DNA from: a virus
IMG/VR virus record: IMGVR_UViG_3300045988_023742
Coordinates: 32,001-96,000 of that record
Direction: 5' to 3' (one strand)
Length of the DNA: 64,000 bases
Shown: piece by piece, positions 62,501-64,000 of the stretch
Layout of the letters: each line of letters begins with the position of its first letter
Numbering within the stretch: position 1 is the first letter of the stretch
Position numbers and translations under genes: made by a program
Notes under the pieces: model-generated
Told to the model about the DNA's origin: nothing
Seen by the model: the letters and a program-made list of their open reading frames with translations, nothing else
Databases searched by the model: none

Positions 62501-64000
62501 TGATTAAAGTTACCAATGCACTTCCTGAAAACTTTGATTGTTCAAAAGGTGACTTTTGGCAAGATGATACATCAATTCTTGATGCTAGATATGAGGTTAG
62601 ATTTGGTAATAAGACTGTTCCTTCTCAATATGAGAACTTTAAAACCTTTGTTAAGAATATAATGTCTCTTCCTATTGAAGGATGTAGTACAACAGATGTT
62701 CTTGGTAATAGAGACCAAAGTCAGATAACAGGAAGCTATGATAAGTATCAAGTAGATAATAAGAGTAATTATACTAAGACAGGATTGAAAAATGAATTTG
62801 TTACAGATAGTAACTCATTACCTGCTAACTTAGGATTTAATACTGATAGTTTCTACAAATACTTTGTTATTGGCTTATTGTTTGGACTTATTGATAACTT
62901 TGGTAAGAATAGTACTTATAGAAGTTGGTTAGGTGGACAATACTATATAGACTTCTATGACCTTGACTGTGCTCTTAAGGGTGATAACCAAGGAGACTTA
63001 TCTGTAACTCCTGACCTTTGGATTAAGTACTTATATAATAGTATTCAAGAAGGTAAGAACTATGGTTATGTTTGTGAGTCATTTGACCTTAATAAGACTT
63101 ATATAGGTAATGGTTCTAATAGAAGACAAACAGGTTCTGGAACAGTAGTTTCTGCTAATCATAATAAGCTATGGCTATCTCTTGATACCCCTTTCTTTAG
63201 AGGTTATAGTGGTGATACTAGTAACTCTGTTTATACTAAGTATTGGTATCAATTAAGAGAGAAGATGGATGCTCTTGCAAGTGCCGCAGGTTATGATAAC
63301 TTTGCTGATTACTTTATTGATGAGTTCTATATAAAGCAAACTAAGAGTTGTGGCCCACTTTTATTTAACTATGACTATAAACTAAAGTATTTACTTCAAT
63401 TTAGAGGTAATGAGTATAACACTACAAAAGACCTATCTAAATTACATGGTAGAAAAATTGCTGTTGCTAGAGATTGGCTAAAGAAGCATATTTCCTTCAT
63501 GGATAGTTTATTCTATTGGAGAGATAATGGACAGACTCTAAACTTTAAGAATGACTTGGATAGTAGAGGTTCTAACACTGTTCTTAATACTCCTGAGAGC
63601 TTACCAATGGTATCAAATACTCCATTACTTATATATAATAGTGTTGGTGATTCAGCTAAAACATTCTACTTCATGCAGACTAACATGAAGACCTATGTTA
63701 ATACAGCTGGCAATAGCTCTAACTCTCCACTTACTTGGAACTTCTCTAACTCTCCTAATATCATTGAATTTGGTGATTCAGAGACTCCACTTAGTTCTAT
63801 GAATATTAAGATTCTATCTTCTACTCCTAATAGTAGAAATTTGAATAGTATTGGTTACCCTTCTATAACTGACCTTCTGTTAGGTAATAATAGGAGTTTT
63901 GCTTCTTCATTCAGTTTGGAATCTTTCTCTAAAGCTAAGGTTTCAGAGTTGAGAACTATAGACTTAAGTAATACTTCTGGTGAGTCATTTACTCTAAATC
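59584..64000 (+). CDS. Tail fibre/tail spike-like giant protein with LamG (concanavalin-like) domain, 3' end outside window
   Basis: I hand-translated from the ATG at 59584 to about 60640, and again at 61081-61560, with no stop. No other + ORF is listed to the window end, which implies the frame stays open. Gly linker HGGGGSGGSGGGGGS. LamG-like DAFTMSICFKADYHPDDDRTILFCGN...VYVDGVL...YFGGRIAG...CNIYNFQLYDTALTDFD. Confidence 0.6.
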   Translation, partial: MSNIKKQNSNGKWDVLASGKATGIAVTNPKLLQEGETIDSVDGVLEKHQDAIDKLQHNVSWLAKHGGGGSGGSGGGGGSDVTEATCDITVNDQLTGSDILIDENGLKISLTNISVKVTKPWNVTVRIGATQIASTVLSFTANTFYLSLSKISPYLTNHTGNLTIGASYEDETNGIYGSSSWSGTVLEAVVNVKTSNYSFNLDKLDTAQLVYNYSVGIVGAYTMTILVEKGGIELARKEIPITVNSTSAQVKTIDLSNIIPTGIDSTQIVGVYNITTTLSYDVNPLVQGSTKSTITIVSDEILIASTVMSESQDKPTEVSLSASINVVFTAYLQGATTFKYKLQIANTIVKQDTIGYFGTEVNEYLPVNGDWAVENAVVPLILTVSSGERVVEKTYYIKFVKATDTFLSVSSASRVHLISEMLARNYNTGESKFNLTASGYEQGGSSYDLTSVLQTLNGNNLSTITKLSNGLPYLRLSNSAYASLGSFKYNDKTFTLPNLIVTDAFTMSICFKADYHPDDDRTILFCGNTDATTGTLTSGISIDAHDIYINNRSVAKLTDESINSVDVTCQKVTAKDINDKGEEITYDTFIIKVYVDGVLTAVTKEASFPSLSDSVYFGGRIAGNKPTYLCDCNIYNFQLYDTALTDFDIMINYINNKVSTSYINNQPNFSIITEELKTNFCERASNGSVTSYMFKNGEYTIDFLLDGSSHLDVTKLNNYAKVLGIPIMLIDVSTDANWTFNAFVTQQTAGNVSLPETSGRTIQYWDPNGANTSIINITNASVKLQGTSTLSDSVKNLNITVPEDTVFIPKDTWFPEQTYTLKADVVDSSHSNNAAIGGFINEKLGYDEQTGAFFPFDKNAIDNVYTSDYKKKQQPTVTLKHTVEGFPVFLIMKFNTNTSSTISVTPLGIYSFNIGRDAYRNLGFKKVNSISDSVGDVPEIKTFPYLLERARISETDSDANWIEIKDTTSIKDLIKVTNALPENFDCSKGDFWQDDTSILDARYEVRFGNKTVPSQYENFKTFVKNIMSLPIEGCSTTDVLGNRDQSQITGSYDKYQVDNKSNYTKTGLKNEFVTDSNSLPANLGFNTDSFYKYFVIGLLFGLIDNFGKNSTYRSWLGGQYYIDFYDLDCALKGDNQGDLSVTPDLWIKYLYNSIQEGKNYGYVCESFDLNKTYIGNGSNRRQTGSGTVVSANHNKLWLSLDTPFFRGYSGDTSNSVYTKYWYQLREKMDALASAAGYDNFADYFIDEFYIKQTKSCGPLLFNYDYKLKYLLQFRGNEYNTTKDLSKLHGRKIAVARDWLKKHISFMDSLFYWRDNGQTLNFKNDLDSRGSNTVLNTPESLPMVSNTPLLIYNSVGDSAKTFYFMQTNMKTYVNTAGNSSNSPLTWNFSNSPNIIEFGDSETPLSSMNIKILSSTPNSRNLNSIGYPSITDLLLGNNRSFASSFSLESFSKAKVSELRTIDLSNTSGESFTLN

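Noticed and set aside
1-64000. Stop-codon reassignment (TGA or TAG read as sense) within this window.
   Set aside because: All large genes are uninterrupted under the standard code. The only sizeable non-coding gaps are tRNA clusters or low-complexity spacer. Recoding may still occur outside the window.

Overview
This is an AT-rich 64-kb piece of a crAss-like (Crassvirales-type) phage genome. The host is probably a Bacteroidota bacterium, because four promoters match the -33 TTTG / -7 TAnnTTTG consensus. Layout: (i) 1-1296 (+) is the 3' end of a nuclease-motif protein. (ii) 1360-45904 is one long leftward block. It holds a 1469-aa protein, a 2293-aa single-chain RNA polymerase (DFDVD motif), a nucleotide-metabolism set (ThyX, thioredoxin, dUTPase, NrdD/NrdG), a HicA-like RNase plus an RNA ligase, a replication set (PolA, UDG, primase, SSB, RecA-like ATPase, DnaB-like and SF2 helicases, nucleases), an rIIA/rIIB-like pair, a lysis/membrane cassette, two tRNA clusters and many small genes. 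(iii) A divergent control region lies near 46.0 kb. (iv) 46.1-64.0 kb is a rightward late block: two tRNA arrays under duplicated host-type promoters, small genes, TerL, a probable portal, a 1147-aa metallophosphatase-containing protein and a tail-fibre-like ORF of more than 1470 aa that runs off the window. I hand-folded about 26 tRNA or tRNA-like genes. The most unusual feature is the leftward tRNA cluster at 38.0-38.8 kb. Every gene there is associated with a conserved element, a variable covarying stem ending in ACT followed by TACAAYAYT. In three genes the element brackets an intact tRNA. In two genes it sits inside the tRNA as a 50-60 nt insertion. In one gene it brackets a circularly permuted tRNA with anticodon UCA (opal suppressor). 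That set of arrangements resembles archaeal and red-algal intron-containing and permuted tRNA genes. To my knowledge it has not been described in phages. All folds and motif calls were made by eye from the sequence and the ORF track. No search or folding program was run.
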